From Antedon mediterranea (taxonomy: Eukaryota; Animalia; Echinodermata), in assembly GCF_964355755.1 (NCBI RefSeq), contig NC_092673.1, positions 30,067,648 through 30,131,647 on the forward strand: 64,000 bases of DNA, in the 5' to 3' direction. Shown in pieces: positions 41,120 to 53,504 of this stretch (within the stretch, counting starts at the first letter, position 1; the number at the start of each line of letters is the position of its first letter). The position numbers and the translations under genes were made by a program. The notes under the pieces were generated by a model. The model ran no database searches, had not been told where the DNA came from, and saw nothing but the letters and a program-made list of their open reading frames with translations.

Positions 41120-42709
41120 TTTTAATATAAACAAAATTTAGCTTAAAATTTCCAAATGTTAATTAAATTCCTGATTCTATGAATAACAAAAATTCTGATC
41201 TTGTATTCAATCTTTAAACCATAATAACATGCATACGCTTGGATTTGTCAACATAAATTATGATTAAATAATAACATTCTAATTTAGCAGGTGACCAATA
41301 TTTCGCATCCATTTCGGTTCTTTTGATGTCATTTTAAAATGTTTCAATTAAATTATTTAGAAATATAGTACATTACTCTAATTGTTGACCTAATTTGCTG
41401 GGTCATTTTGATGTCATTTTTTACATTTTGATTTGACAGCTGTGGAGATGAGTCATTTCCCAGTTGTTCATCATTTTTCATGTACAGATTCTACTGAAAA
41501 ACGACTTTGATTTAATTTTATTTCGTTCTTGGGAATAAGTTGAAAGTTATGCGTACTACTAAAAATAGAGATGACACTAAATATCGTATTGCCAAGATAG
41601 GATTCCAATTAAAGATGTATGTCAGAGATAGAAACATGCAATTAAATGCAGGAATGGATGCTCCCAATACTTTGTATGTCATAGTTCAATATTATTTTAC
41701 AGCCTTTATTTTTCACTTTTTATTAGCGTATTCTAATTGTTTGCATAAAAAAAAAAATGTTCAAGGCCGTGCAATAATAAAGTATTTGGATGCTCTCCAT
41801 TTATATGTTGTAGTTCAATATATTCGCAGCATTTATTTTCCACTTTTTTAAAGAATAAAACATTCATGAAGGCCATGCAAAAATTACAAAATTTGTATGT
41901 TTCTTAATTGTGTCATTTATATATTGCGTTTTTTCACTTTTTATTTGACACATCACATTAATTATATCGCTTAAAATTCGCAAAAAGCACAACCTTGAGA
42001 TACTGTATTTTTAGCAGAGAAGAAACTGATGTCGAAATATTTAAGATTTTTAAAAGCAAGCTACAGTTTTGTATAAATATGTTTTTTATTGCTAAATAGG
42101 GGCAAAAATAATCACCAATTTGGTTCCAAATCACCAATTTGGTTCCAAGATTAATAGAGGGAGACTGCACTGCAAACACTGCAGTTTATTACAAAATATG
42201 CACTGACTACAATTATATTGAACATTCTATTGTTGCAGACAGATCAATACGTTTGTTTGCTACTGTTAAAAAGTAATGAGGTATTATTAACAATAGCAAG
42301 CTGATGCTTAATTACATTTAAAAGGTAAACAATAGCCATGGCATCATATATCATTAACATTGTTATTTTGCTTCATTAATGATGATAATGGCGAAAATGA
42401 TATGTACACTGCCTTTTTTTTTCTTGCGAATGATAACAATATTCCAGCGAGTACTCTATTATTAGTATATTTTGAATTGTTCATCATGCAATCAAAACAT
42501 ATTGTTACACTTATTCTTCTTATTTAAGTGTTTTGGAATTGTTGTTGTCTTGTTTTGCCTTGCATATGCTTGGTTCTCCAAGCTGTGACCTGGCTTGTTG
42601 GTAACATTGTATTTTATTTGAAATAAAGGATGATTTGACGACGATATCAAATGCTATACAAATAATGAATGTTTATGAGTTCAATGGTGAGAATTTTTCA
42701 ATAAATACT

Positions 42710-42960
42710 AATGTTCACATTCATATGTTTATATTTTAATGTTCACATTCATAAGTATGTTAATATACACATTCATATGTTAATGTATTAAACATTCATA
42801 TGTTAATATATTCACATTTATATGGTAATATTCACATTCATAATAATGTTAATGTACACATTTATATGTTAATGTAAACATATGTAAATATTCACATCCA
42901 TATGTTAATGGTAATTTAAATGTTCACAAGCATATGTTATGTTCACATTGATATGTTATG
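42710..42960. repeat. Degenerate ~20-bp tandem repeat (aatgttcacattcatatgtt), resuming at ~43455-43555
   Basis: Recurrent ttcacattcatatgttaat units on both sides of the SINE at 42995. Confidence 0.75.
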
Positions 42961-42994
42961 TTTAAATTCATTTGTCATTGTTTGTTATTATTTT

Positions 42995-43305
42995 TGATTG
43001 ATTGAAATATATTTATACTGGGTAACCTCTTCAGTCAAGGACTGGTCTCCCAGAGGGCCCAGTTATGATCAGTGGCTGTGATGTACTAATACACTGGGGT
43101 AACCCCCTACTCGTCTCGAAAGATGTACTAGGTTCTTTAAAGTGCACATGATCTAGATGTGTACACTTGACCTACGGTTTATAGTCCTTATCCGAGAAGA
43201 CTCGTACCACCACCATAACCATGGAGTGAGTGAGCCTCGAACCCCTGCCGACGTTATGCCTACGTAATTACGGTTCCACTGTCTTAACCGCTCGGCCACT
43301 CACTC
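42995..43305 (-). mobile_element. SINE family A, full length
   Basis: Complete tRNA-like head (A box, ggttcgagg B box), Deu/Nin-like body and (caat)n tail on the minus strand. Confidence 0.9.
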
Positions 43306-44236
43306 AAATTTTAATCAATACATCATACATAAAATAGGTTGGATACATAAATAACAGTTAAATGATAAACAACAGGAAAAAAATAGGAGAAATATATGAA
43401 CATGAATTCAGGACAACACAATTAATCCTTACAAAACAGTTTCCATTGGGGTCCGATATATGTTAATATTCATTTTTAATGTTCACATTTATATGTTATG
43501 CGCTTTCATTTGTCATTTATGTGTCAATATTCATTTTCAGTGTTCACATTATATTTTGTTAGTTTGATTTAGATTTTAGAATATTTGCACCGTCCTTCTT
43601 AGATTTTATAATGCCCGTCACATGTTACAGGAGACTCATAAGATTGCATAAATAATTAAAGCACTAGGTTTTTTCTGAGAACACCCTTAGGAAAGAATAC
43701 ATAACTAAGGTATTGAGTGAACACATGAATATGTCGGCATGCTCACTTTAACTTTGACACAATTAGGTGAACATATTATCATGGTTTTTCTACATAGTCA
43801 ATAATTTTTAGCTTTACTGATTTCATAATGCTGATAACTCATGAAATATTTGTGTGATGTTTTTTTACTAGATTTTGTCCTTTTGTTACTTGCGATTGTA
43901 ATAAATTTTCCTTGCATGTATTTACCACAAAATGCATTATTCTCAAAAACATAATTGTACTCATCATCATTGTACACAACTTTCATTCTTTCACTCAAAC
44001 AAAAGCATCAAACCGCAATTCATGATTGCAAATACAAAGCTGTTTTCAAATCCTATGAATAAAAACTAAAATCAAAAAGTTTTCACTTTTTTAAATCTAA
44101 AATATTTGATGAACAAAAAAAAAATATGGTTAAATGATTTAATACCACTAAACTAACTAAATATAAATTCACTTTTGACTTTTGCAAAGTAGTATTTTCT
44201 AAAGGTGTTGTTGGTCCCTGGGCATTTTAAGATACA

Positions 44237-44276
44237 GTTGATTGGCCAGGGGTCAAGTTGATTGGCCAGGGGTCAA
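44237..44276. repeat. 20-bp direct duplication (gttgattggccaggggtcaa) x2
   Basis: Directly visible. Confidence 0.9.
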
Positions 44277-45248
44277 ACTCAATGCCTTTAATTAGGTGCA
44301 CTTCTTGTTACTACTTTCATTCAGTTTCTACTGATTGATACATAATACATTTTTTTTAAATTTAAAAATTAATTAAAAATAATAAAATTAGTTTAAATGA
44401 ATGTGCTGCTTTCCACAACATTTTTTTATTTGTCCAATAGAAATAAATTTGCTTTGTGGACACCATATATCATACAATATAACATTATGGTTTCAATCAA
44501 TAAAAAGCTGAATTTTTTTCTTCATTTTGACAGAAAAATAATAGCTCAAATAGTATTTACATTACCTTGGTATTTTTATATTTTTAAACAAATAATTGAA
44601 TAAATTTTAACATTTTGTGTGGTATGTTGGTTAAAAAGATGGTGTAAATTATGTATGATTTTCATAAAACCTATCATGTTTTATGCTTAAAATGAAAGTG
44701 TTCCAATTGGTTGTTTTTATGAAAATTTTGCATAATAATAGAACAATAGTTAATTAATGAAGGTGCAAAGTTTCATTGAAATAAAACAATTAGAATACCC
44801 TTTTGCTAAAGTCGTAAACTTAGATTAACCCTGTTTATTTTGTTGTATTTGTCATTTCCTCTTTAAAAGCATTTTTCTCAAAAATACTGATTGTAACAGC
44901 CAAAACCTTAGACTGAGATCTATGGAAGTAGACAAGGTATCAAGATATTTTTTCAGCATTTTAAATCTTGGATTATGTAGTTTCAGTATTTGTGAAAATC
45001 GCAATTTTGAAATTTCCGACTTATGTCTGATTTCCCTTGCCACATATGTCACTTGTCTCATAAGTATGAGTTACATATATAATTCATTGCTGGTTTTGCT
45101 ACATTTTGTTATCCACGTTCGTAACCGAATAACTTGGAATATAGACTATATTTTGGTGACTGGACCTTAATATAGACAATATTGATTTCATTATTATCAT
45201 TAGTCTAATATTGATCACTCAAGGGATATGATGTCTAGGATTTGTAGC

Positions 45249-45352
45249 GAACTTTCAATTTGCAATGACCGACGACCATCAGGTCAACTTAATGTCGCCG
45301 ATCGTTGCCTGGACCTAGAAATGATCAAAGCTATGTTGAAGAGCGAGGAATC
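45249..45352 (+). repeat. Old dispersed repeat of unknown class (copy 2)
   Basis: Homologous to 32322-32437. Confidence 0.6.
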
Positions 45353-46993
45353 TCAAACACTAACTGAAAAATGTATTGTAGATGGAGAAGTATTCTATAT
45401 ATTTAAGCTTATTAGAGTTTGTGATTTTTTTTTCTGTTGGTACGTAAAAAAAAAATATGGATGAAATATTTCCGTAATAAAATTAATTTAATGTCCCCGC
45501 ATGCACACAATGAATTAACATGGCATAGTTTGGTCGTCGGCCAATCAAAATCTCTATTATTATTATTATTATAAGTATAGCCTACAATCTTCGAAGAATC
45601 CTGAAAAGAAAAATAATTTAATTGTCTTTTTTCGAAAATAAAATCCGGTCTTTCCACACCTAGTTACATTTTAAGATAAGAAAGCTTAAAAGGAGTGTCC
45701 AGAGGTCATCTGTCCAACCTTAAAAAAAAAAAATCATTTAGATATAATATAAAAGACTGCCATAGCAATATCCTGGAGTACATCCACATTGGTCTAATAC
45801 ATGAATTCACAAAACAGATGCAATGTTCTTAGATTGACCGCAAGTGAAGGTCCAAGATTATCTCATTTTTCCGTTTGATAGATCCTTCCGTTTTCCTGGG
45901 TTTTCCTGGTTGCAACCAGGTTCATTTGTTATGTTATGCCAAAATAAGTTTGAAAAAAAAAAATGTGTTAAACGTGGAGTAAAGCTGCCTTAAATGTTTA
46001 TACAATATAGAAAAAAACATGACATGATGTGAATGTTTTAAATTTGTTGCCCTTTTGTTATGAAAATCCTTGTTTCGTTGTGCTTTTCTTTTTCATGTTT
46101 CTAGTAATATGCAAGGAAATAAAAGCATGAAAAAAAGTTAAATTCTTACTTAATATTTATAATGAATATTGAATGATATTGATAATTAGCGAGTTTTCCA
46201 ACTTTTGAGGAGAAGAAATATTACTCTTTAAAAAAATGTTTCTCCATAGCCTATAACATAATGATACTTTCCATTCTTAATTTTCAATACCACTGTTTAT
46301 TAAAAAAATAACAACAACATTTAAACAAGTTTACAATGCATTAACATAATTAGTTGAATGCCAGACACATCAAATTCTAGTTAACGATTTATTTTTAAAT
46401 TACATTTACAATATTGTTTTTGATTGGATAAAAATCAGTGTCCTTTGACATCATAGTCTGGGTATGTAGTAAAATTTTTGTTGGATGTAAACAGCATCGT
46501 TGAAAACACGTCTAGTTGTAAATATGCAACTAATGATGTAGCTAAAGCATCGTAATCTTAGTGTAATTGTCAGCACATTTTGACGTTTTACATTATTTTC
46601 GTAATAAAGTGCACAGGAAGTACAGTAACTTTGAGTTTGGCCTGCTTGATGTTGATTAATTATAATGTTGAAATCATCATTAATGTATTGCAGTATTTAT
46701 CAAATACTCTTGTGTGTTGACGGGAGAGACAAAAGGTGTAAATGAGAAAACATGATTGTACGGATGACTTGTTATTATTATGAGTATTATTACAATTTTA
46801 ATGAAGGATTACTACTTTGATTGAATATTGATTGAGGATGCGTATACAGAGGATTAATAATATAAAATATGGTATGTATGCATTAAGGGTACAGTATTTC
46901 ATTCTATATTATAATTCAACAATAATTACGACAGAGACCATACCATATTGCCATTTGGTGTTGTGCCCTTATTAATGATAAATTAATTAATAA

Positions 46994-47177
46994 AGCTCTG
47001 TCTACACTGTCAAATTAGTTTGACAAAAAAGTGTGATGTGTCCAAATGTGGTAGTGATGTGCCCAAATATGGTAATGATATACCCAAATATGGTAGTAAT
47101 ATAATGTCATTGTGTCCAGCATATATTGGCACATCACATTTTTGTGTCACATAAAGTTTGATAGTGCAGACAGAGCT
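46994..47177 (+). mobile_element. MITE family C, full length, TAA TSD (PIF/Harbinger-like)
   Basis: TAA (46991-46993), agctctgtctacac ... gtgcagacagagct, TAA (47178-47180). Confidence 0.9.
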
Positions 47178-47357
47178 TAAGAATGTTATATGAATCTAAA
47201 TGTAGAATTCAAATTGCGTGTTAATACATGTCGTCAATACGGCTTAAAGTTGTCAGGTAGGCTTTACTCAGCCATGACTATTCAAGTCCAAGTTATTAAT
47301 TATAAAAGTACAAATAGTCACTTTTCTTTCTTGGATAATGATTAGGTACTGTGTGGC

Positions 47358-47880
47358 TAATAGGGAGGTTTCGCAACCTTACGAATACGATAACGAAAAC
47401 GGATACTTCACACATTTGTGAAACTTTTGAGCTGATCCCCATTTCATATTCGTAAAGTGTATTCGTGTTGACGGATATCACCAGTCATATTCGTAACTAC
47501 AAAACGAGTATAGTTTTTGATCTATTTTTTGCACATTTTGCATTTGAATCAGGAATGATTCATGATTATAATATAATTATAGATTTATTGAAAGTAATTT
47601 ACTAAAGTAATTTACTAAAATGCCAGGTCAATTTTGATAAATAGCAGTTTTTAAAGTCCTCACTCGCTTTGATGTTACGCTAGGCCTAGGCAGCCAAGCA
47701 CCAAGCTACACGTACCTCCTGCACTTCGCTCAAATTTACCACAGTCATATTTTGGATGGCACCCTCAATATTTTGTTGCCATGCGTAACAGATTTTTACT
47801 GGCTTACGAAAAACTAATACGTGTGCATGACATATCCGTTTTCGTTATCGTATTCGTAAGATTGCGAAACTTCCCTATTA
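47358..47880. mobile_element. ~520-bp non-autonomous TIR element (PIF/Harbinger-ISL2EU group likely)
   Basis: ~48-bp near-perfect inverted repeat taatagggaggtttcgcaaccttacgaatacgataacgaaaacggata / tatccgttttcgttatcgtattcgtaagattgcgaaacttccctatta. Confidence 0.85.
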
Positions 47881-48408
47881 ACAGAAATGAACTAAACAAA
47901 ACATACACTAAACGTAATGAATCTTGAGCAGAACCGTCAGCTTAATGGGAAAATTTATTCATTGAATTATATAAGCACATCCATGACTGTATACTGCTAA
48001 TGATATAATGAAATATTCACTCACTCACTCAAAGCATTTTAAAATATAAGTAAAGTGTTGCATTGAAGTTAAAGAAAAACAATGTTGTAGGTATAATAGG
48101 AAGTGTAAAAGTTCAAAGTAGCACTTAAACCGATTTAAATGGGAAAAAGATGTGACGTTTCACAAACATCGTTAATCAAACCTGCAAACACTTAACTAAC
48201 ACTATTTTTATTTTTCTAGTAGACATTAGTAATATTCATTTAATATACAATAGTTTCTTTTTTTCTTTTTTTTTATTTAATGAGGGTGATCCATCCAGCA
48301 ATTGCTGATCATTAGGGACCCTCAGAGGTTCACAAGACAAACATATACACAAGATGCTCTACATAAACAAAGTCTTATTACAAGTCTTTGGGAGGGAGTT
48401 GTAATTTT

Positions 48409-48473
48409 GTCCTAGGACTTGAACCCATGACCCTTGGAGTGGTAGCCAAGCATCATAACCACCAATCCACAAC
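48409..48473 (-). mobile_element. Degenerate tRNA-derived SINE head
   Basis: Minus strand gtggattggtggtt ... gggttcaagtcc has A-box/B-box spacing; LINE-tail-like sequence nearby at ~48270-48325. Confidence 0.4.
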
Positions 48474-48997
48474 TCCACTCTGACCCAAATGGTTCCTGTG
48501 TAGCTTCAGTTGTACCCATGCCGTGTAGAGCCAAGAACACTCCACAAACCAACTCTCAAAATTCCATTATGAAGTTACACAAGCGTTATGTTCTGATTTT
48601 CTGTCTCTCAGTAAATCGTAAAAGCTGCACTGAATACCACTCGCATACGCCATCAATGTCATCTATCATAATATCGGGAGACAGGGTACTTAGAATATTA
48701 ACAGAAACCCAATTAGCCCAGTTTATATAACTTTTGACTGTATTCACTGACTTTTTGATAGTGGGTTAGTATTAGCAAATATACTCCATTTTACAAGTAC
48801 AATTCCCAATGGTACATAAAGCTAAAAAACTCATTAACTACACATCATTACATTAAAGTTAACAACAACAAACCATGACTAATTACCTGGGAGATTTCCA
48901 TGGATAATAATACATCACCGATTTGTCTTATCTGAAAAATAAGTTTCTACTCATGATTGTTAGTAAAACTAGAACATTAATGTATTAAAAAGTGTTA

Positions 48998-49168
48998 AGC
49001 TCTGTCGACACTATCAAACTTTATGTGACAAAAAAAATGTGATGTGCCTGCATATATGGACATGATGATGTCATATCACTACCATATTTGGGCATATCAC
49101 TATCATATTTGGGCATATCACACTTTTTTTCTCAAACTAGTTTGATAGTGTACTGTGTAGATAGAACT
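48998..49168 (-). mobile_element. MITE family C, full length, TTA TSD
   Basis: TTA (48995-48997), agctctgtcgacactatcaaac ... gtgtagatagaact, TTA (49169-49171). Confidence 0.9.
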
Positions 49169-49439
49169 TTACACTACTGTCAGGGAGTGTATATCAGAAG
49201 AACAAGTGATTCTCCCTGTAATGCATGAGAGATGAGCTAAAACCACATCCCTCTTGTCTTTGTCCCTTTGTTTTGTGTCCCAGGCAGACCCGACTAAAGT
49301 TCCTATATATCTTTCTGGGATCCTGGCTTCTTCCTTTTCCCCCCAGATTTATTGTTATTTGTATATGTTTATTTTTTATTTATTCCATTATTGTTTAAAT
49401 CTAAGATGAAAGTAAATAATTATTTTGAATTGAATCTAA

Positions 49440-49618
49440 AACTTGGTTCCCACCAGAACGTAACGCAAGGACGTAAACGCAACGCAAGCGTTTTAACAAA
49501 TGACAAGCGAAGTTATAGACAGTTAGCAATCACAAGCAAATAAGCCATCGCTTGTGATTGGTCAATTCACTTGCGCTGCGTTTACGTCCTTGCGTTACGT
49601 TCTAGAGGGAACCAAGCT
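49440..49618. mobile_element. Palindromic Harbinger-like MITE
   Basis: cttggttcccaccagaacgtaacgcaaggacgtaaacgca ... tgcgtttacgtccttgcgttacgttctagagggaaccaag; flanks TAA/TTA. Confidence 0.85.
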
Positions 49619-49642
49619 TTAGTACAATGCAAGCTACCAGAA

Positions 49643-50445
49643 TACAAGTTATTTTCTGTTAAAAATTTTCACGCTAGTGTGTAGGAGGTGTTAGGCCTAT
49701 AAAGAAAGAATTTCCCATCACATTGCAAATGCCTACAGTACCCTCTCATTCGTGACTGTAAATATTATTTGTATGCATATATATTACATTATGTTTATTC
49801 ACATAATATTGAAGGTATACAATACTAAGAATATAAACATATGATATGTGTACAGATCATTCAATTTCATTTATTTTGGTTGACAACAAACGTTTGGTAC
49901 TTCTAAAGAGACAATGAAACTCTATATCTTAATCCAGAAGCTCAAATTTTACAATATATACAGTGTAGTTTATAATCAATATAGTCATCCTACAAGTTAT
50001 TCTGTTAAAATTTGTCATGCTAGTGGGTGGGAGGTTTAGGCCTATAAAGAAAGAATTGCCCAATCACATTGCCTACCCTCTCATTCATGACTGTAAATAT
50101 TATTTGTATGCATAACTACAGTTTATGTTTATTCACATATTGAAGGTATACAATACTAAGAATAAAATATATGATATGTGTACAGATCATTCAATTTCAT
50201 TTATTTTGGTTGACAACAAACGTTTGGTACTTCTAAAAAGACAATGAAGCTCTATTTCTTAATCCAGAAGTTCAAATTTTACAATATATACAGTGTAAAA
50301 ATTAATATTCGTTTGTTCATAATCAATATAGTCATCCTACAAGTTATTCTGTTGAAATTTGTCACGCTAGTGTGTATGAGGCGTAGGCCTATAAAGAAAG
50401 AATTGTCCAATCACATTGAAAATTCCTACCCTCTCATTCATGACT
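49643..50445. repeat. ~347-bp tandem duplication, ~2.3 units
   Basis: tacaagttat..ctgtt restarts at ~49643, 49991 and 50338 with long shared blocks (e.g. gatatgtgtacagatcattcaatttcatttattttggttgacaacaaacgtttggtacttcta). Confidence 0.9.
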
Positions 50446-51254
50446 ATGATGTTATTTATCAAATCAAATTGAAATTATTTCGGACTGATATTGATATTGA
50501 ATAAACTGTACATAATTTACAACAACAGTTTACATTGACTAAAAAAACAAGGGTTCATTGCATTGGATGCATATACATAATATTAATATTCCCAATAACA
50601 TCTATAAACAGTTACAGGCATTAGAAGAAATTATAAAGTACTGCCCTGTGATATACTAATATTATATAATAATATATATATAAATATAATTGGTAAATAA
50701 AAATGAACAATAACTATAGTTATGGGTAGCTGACTCAACTTTTATGTTTTATTTACAGATGTGACAAAAACAAATGGAGAATACAGTAAGTTATTAAATC
50801 AAATTATTGGCAAATATTCTGTAGTTGCATTTCAGTATACAACGTGTTTAGAAATTCTACATAAGATTAAATGTATAAATTTGCAGCCACTCCTCTACAT
50901 TTTCGTTTAATCTTCTGAGGAAGTAATACAAGATTAATAACCCTGGATACATCGCCATCGCTAAGCCTCATTATAGTCTACAACGACTGATGAATTTACA
51001 CAGACAATACAACCTTAAGCATGCATTAATCAGTGTCAAATGTATGTATTATAATTATTTTTTTTTAAATATCTTAACAATACAATATTTTACTACTGTT
51101 TACTGATGAAAGAAATTAAAATGCCTTAATGAATGTCACATGTATTATAATTATTTCACTTTTAAAAGAATGTAACACAAAAATACAATTTTACTACTGT
51201 TTACTGATGAATCTACACAGACAATACAAGCAAATTAGCAACAATTAAAATGCC

Positions 51255-51455
51255 TTAAAGATGTATTGTCCCTCCCCCCCCCCCCCCCAAAAAAAAAAAA
51301 TAAATAATGTTTTCACTTGTAAAATGACAAAATAAATGGTTAAATTCAACCAAAAACCTGGCTGACAGCCAATTTGACAATTTTTTTTTTTAAATAACAT
51401 TTTTTCGATCCAATTTTTGGTCAAAGTCATTAAAATGGAATATTCAACAACAATT
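51255..51455 (-). mobile_element. Kolobok-like MITE, partial (same family as 13771)
   Basis: ttaaagatgtattgtccc end; aaattcaaccaaaaacc and gatccaatttttggtca are reverse complements of sequence within 13855-13912. Confidence 0.6.
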
Positions 51456-53504
51456 TTGTATAATTATTTCATTTTTAAAAGAATAAAAAAACAACAATAT
51501 TTTACTATTAGTACTGTTTACAGAATCTACACATCTAACAATTAGCAAGAAATTAAAATCATAAATTAATGTGTATTATTGTATTATTTTATTTTTCAAA
51601 GAATGTAACAAAAAATACAATATTTTAATATTGAAAACTTTTGAATTTACATATACAATAAGACTATCAGCATAATGCAACAATTGGAATGTATTATAAT
51701 TATTATTTCATTTTTTTTAAATGTTTGTAAAAAAAACCCCAATATTTTGAAATTGTTAACTGGATTCTTTTCATTTATGTGTAATTGCTGGTATATTGGC
51801 ATATTTAATGATGGGTTTAATAGCATTAATGGATTGTTCTTTATAGCAATAATAAACTTGGACATTATACTACAAATGGGCATATGTTTTTATTGTTAAT
51901 ATTTATAATGGCCGGTCTTTGTTATAAATTCTTATTTATATAAATCAATATTTATCTGAATACAATTATGTATGTAACTATAGCATGATAACATCACCAT
52001 CTTTAAACGTTAGTCGTTGTTAGACATTGCGTGCCCCGCTTTATTTATTTATTTATTCTTTCTTTTGACTGGATTGCATTTTCAGTAACGCAGTACTGCT
52101 TTTGTCAAAATGGTCCAGTTACAAGTTTAAAAGTAAAGAAAAATGATAACACATAAAAATACAGAAAGATAAAAGCATAGTAGGCTTAATCTAAAAGATA
52201 TATACAGAACAGTTAAAAACAAATTTTCTACATAAAAAAAAAATAAAATGTAGCTTGTGTTCCCCAATCTGTATGTTTTTGAGCAAGCATGTGTATAGAT
52301 CCATGATAACAATGTAATATAAATATTGTTTTGTGTCTCTGATTTTATTATTTTGATAAAACAAGAAGAATTTAGTTAGAATCAATTGCACACAAAACCC
52401 TTTACTATATCAATATCATTCCTAGAAAACTAGGTTACCACGAAATATCCTTGTGTAATAGTAATACCTATGATGCTTTCTAAGAATCACAAATTTGACC
52501 TTGTGGACTGGAAATTACTTAAAAATTCACTTTTATATACTATAGTCATGTTCAGACAGCCTTACGTCTGAGGTAAAGTTACATCAAACATCAAATTATA
52601 CGTGAGTGTTACTTTTGAAGAGCGTCCACACGATGCTTAATACACTAAAACAAGAACGCATACTTGCGAACTTTGAAGTAATTGTGTCTACACAATGCTA
52701 GTTACCAAACGCGTATCATTATATTTGTTGTGGATGCTGAAGTAGCACATTTAATGCTGAGACATCTCAGAAGTAGTAAGAAAATTATGTAATGTAACAA
52801 AATTATTTTTTTCTTCAAGGTGTGTATTGGGTGAATATTTAAACAGGTGAGTTTCAAGGTTATAACAAGGTAACCAACATATTTGACTTATAGAAGAAAG
52901 TAGGTCGTCCCAGAAAGAGCTAGGTCAAGTCAGGTGAGAGTGAAGATACATAATTTTTTTCCAGCTGATACTTGGATGTATTTTCCAGAGAAACAAGAAA
53001 GGATTGGAAGGAAACAATACATTTCTTTTTTAAAAATAAATATAAAACAGTGTCATTTCCATGAAACATGAAATGGAAAAAAGGAGTCATAATGGTTAGT
53101 TTAAAAATAAAAAGTCATTTTTTAGTGATTCATTCAGTTCTATGTTATCTAAATTGTTGGATTATTATTTATTATGCAAGATGTCTAGACAATATAAATG
53201 CTCAATTTGGATAAATTTGAATGATATACATTGTGTATATTTAGGTATAATAATACAATAGTAAATAAATAATTTTTAAATAGATTTTATTATTAATATT
53301 ATTAGTTACCAATTATTATTTTTACATATATAGCATAATAATTAAATGTAATAATTAATACTTTGTCATTTTCGAATCTTTATATTTGAATTAACTGATT
53401 ACTATATATTATAATGTGCAGAAGACATTGTTAGATTGTTTGCCCATGTCATTTTATGATATAGCAGGTGGCATGCGCATACACTGTGTCACACAGTGTG
53501 TTTT

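Noticed and set aside
50985-51230. Several CTGATGA motifs suggesting hammerheads
   Set aside because: No stem II followed by GAAA; they are part of a local degenerate repeat.
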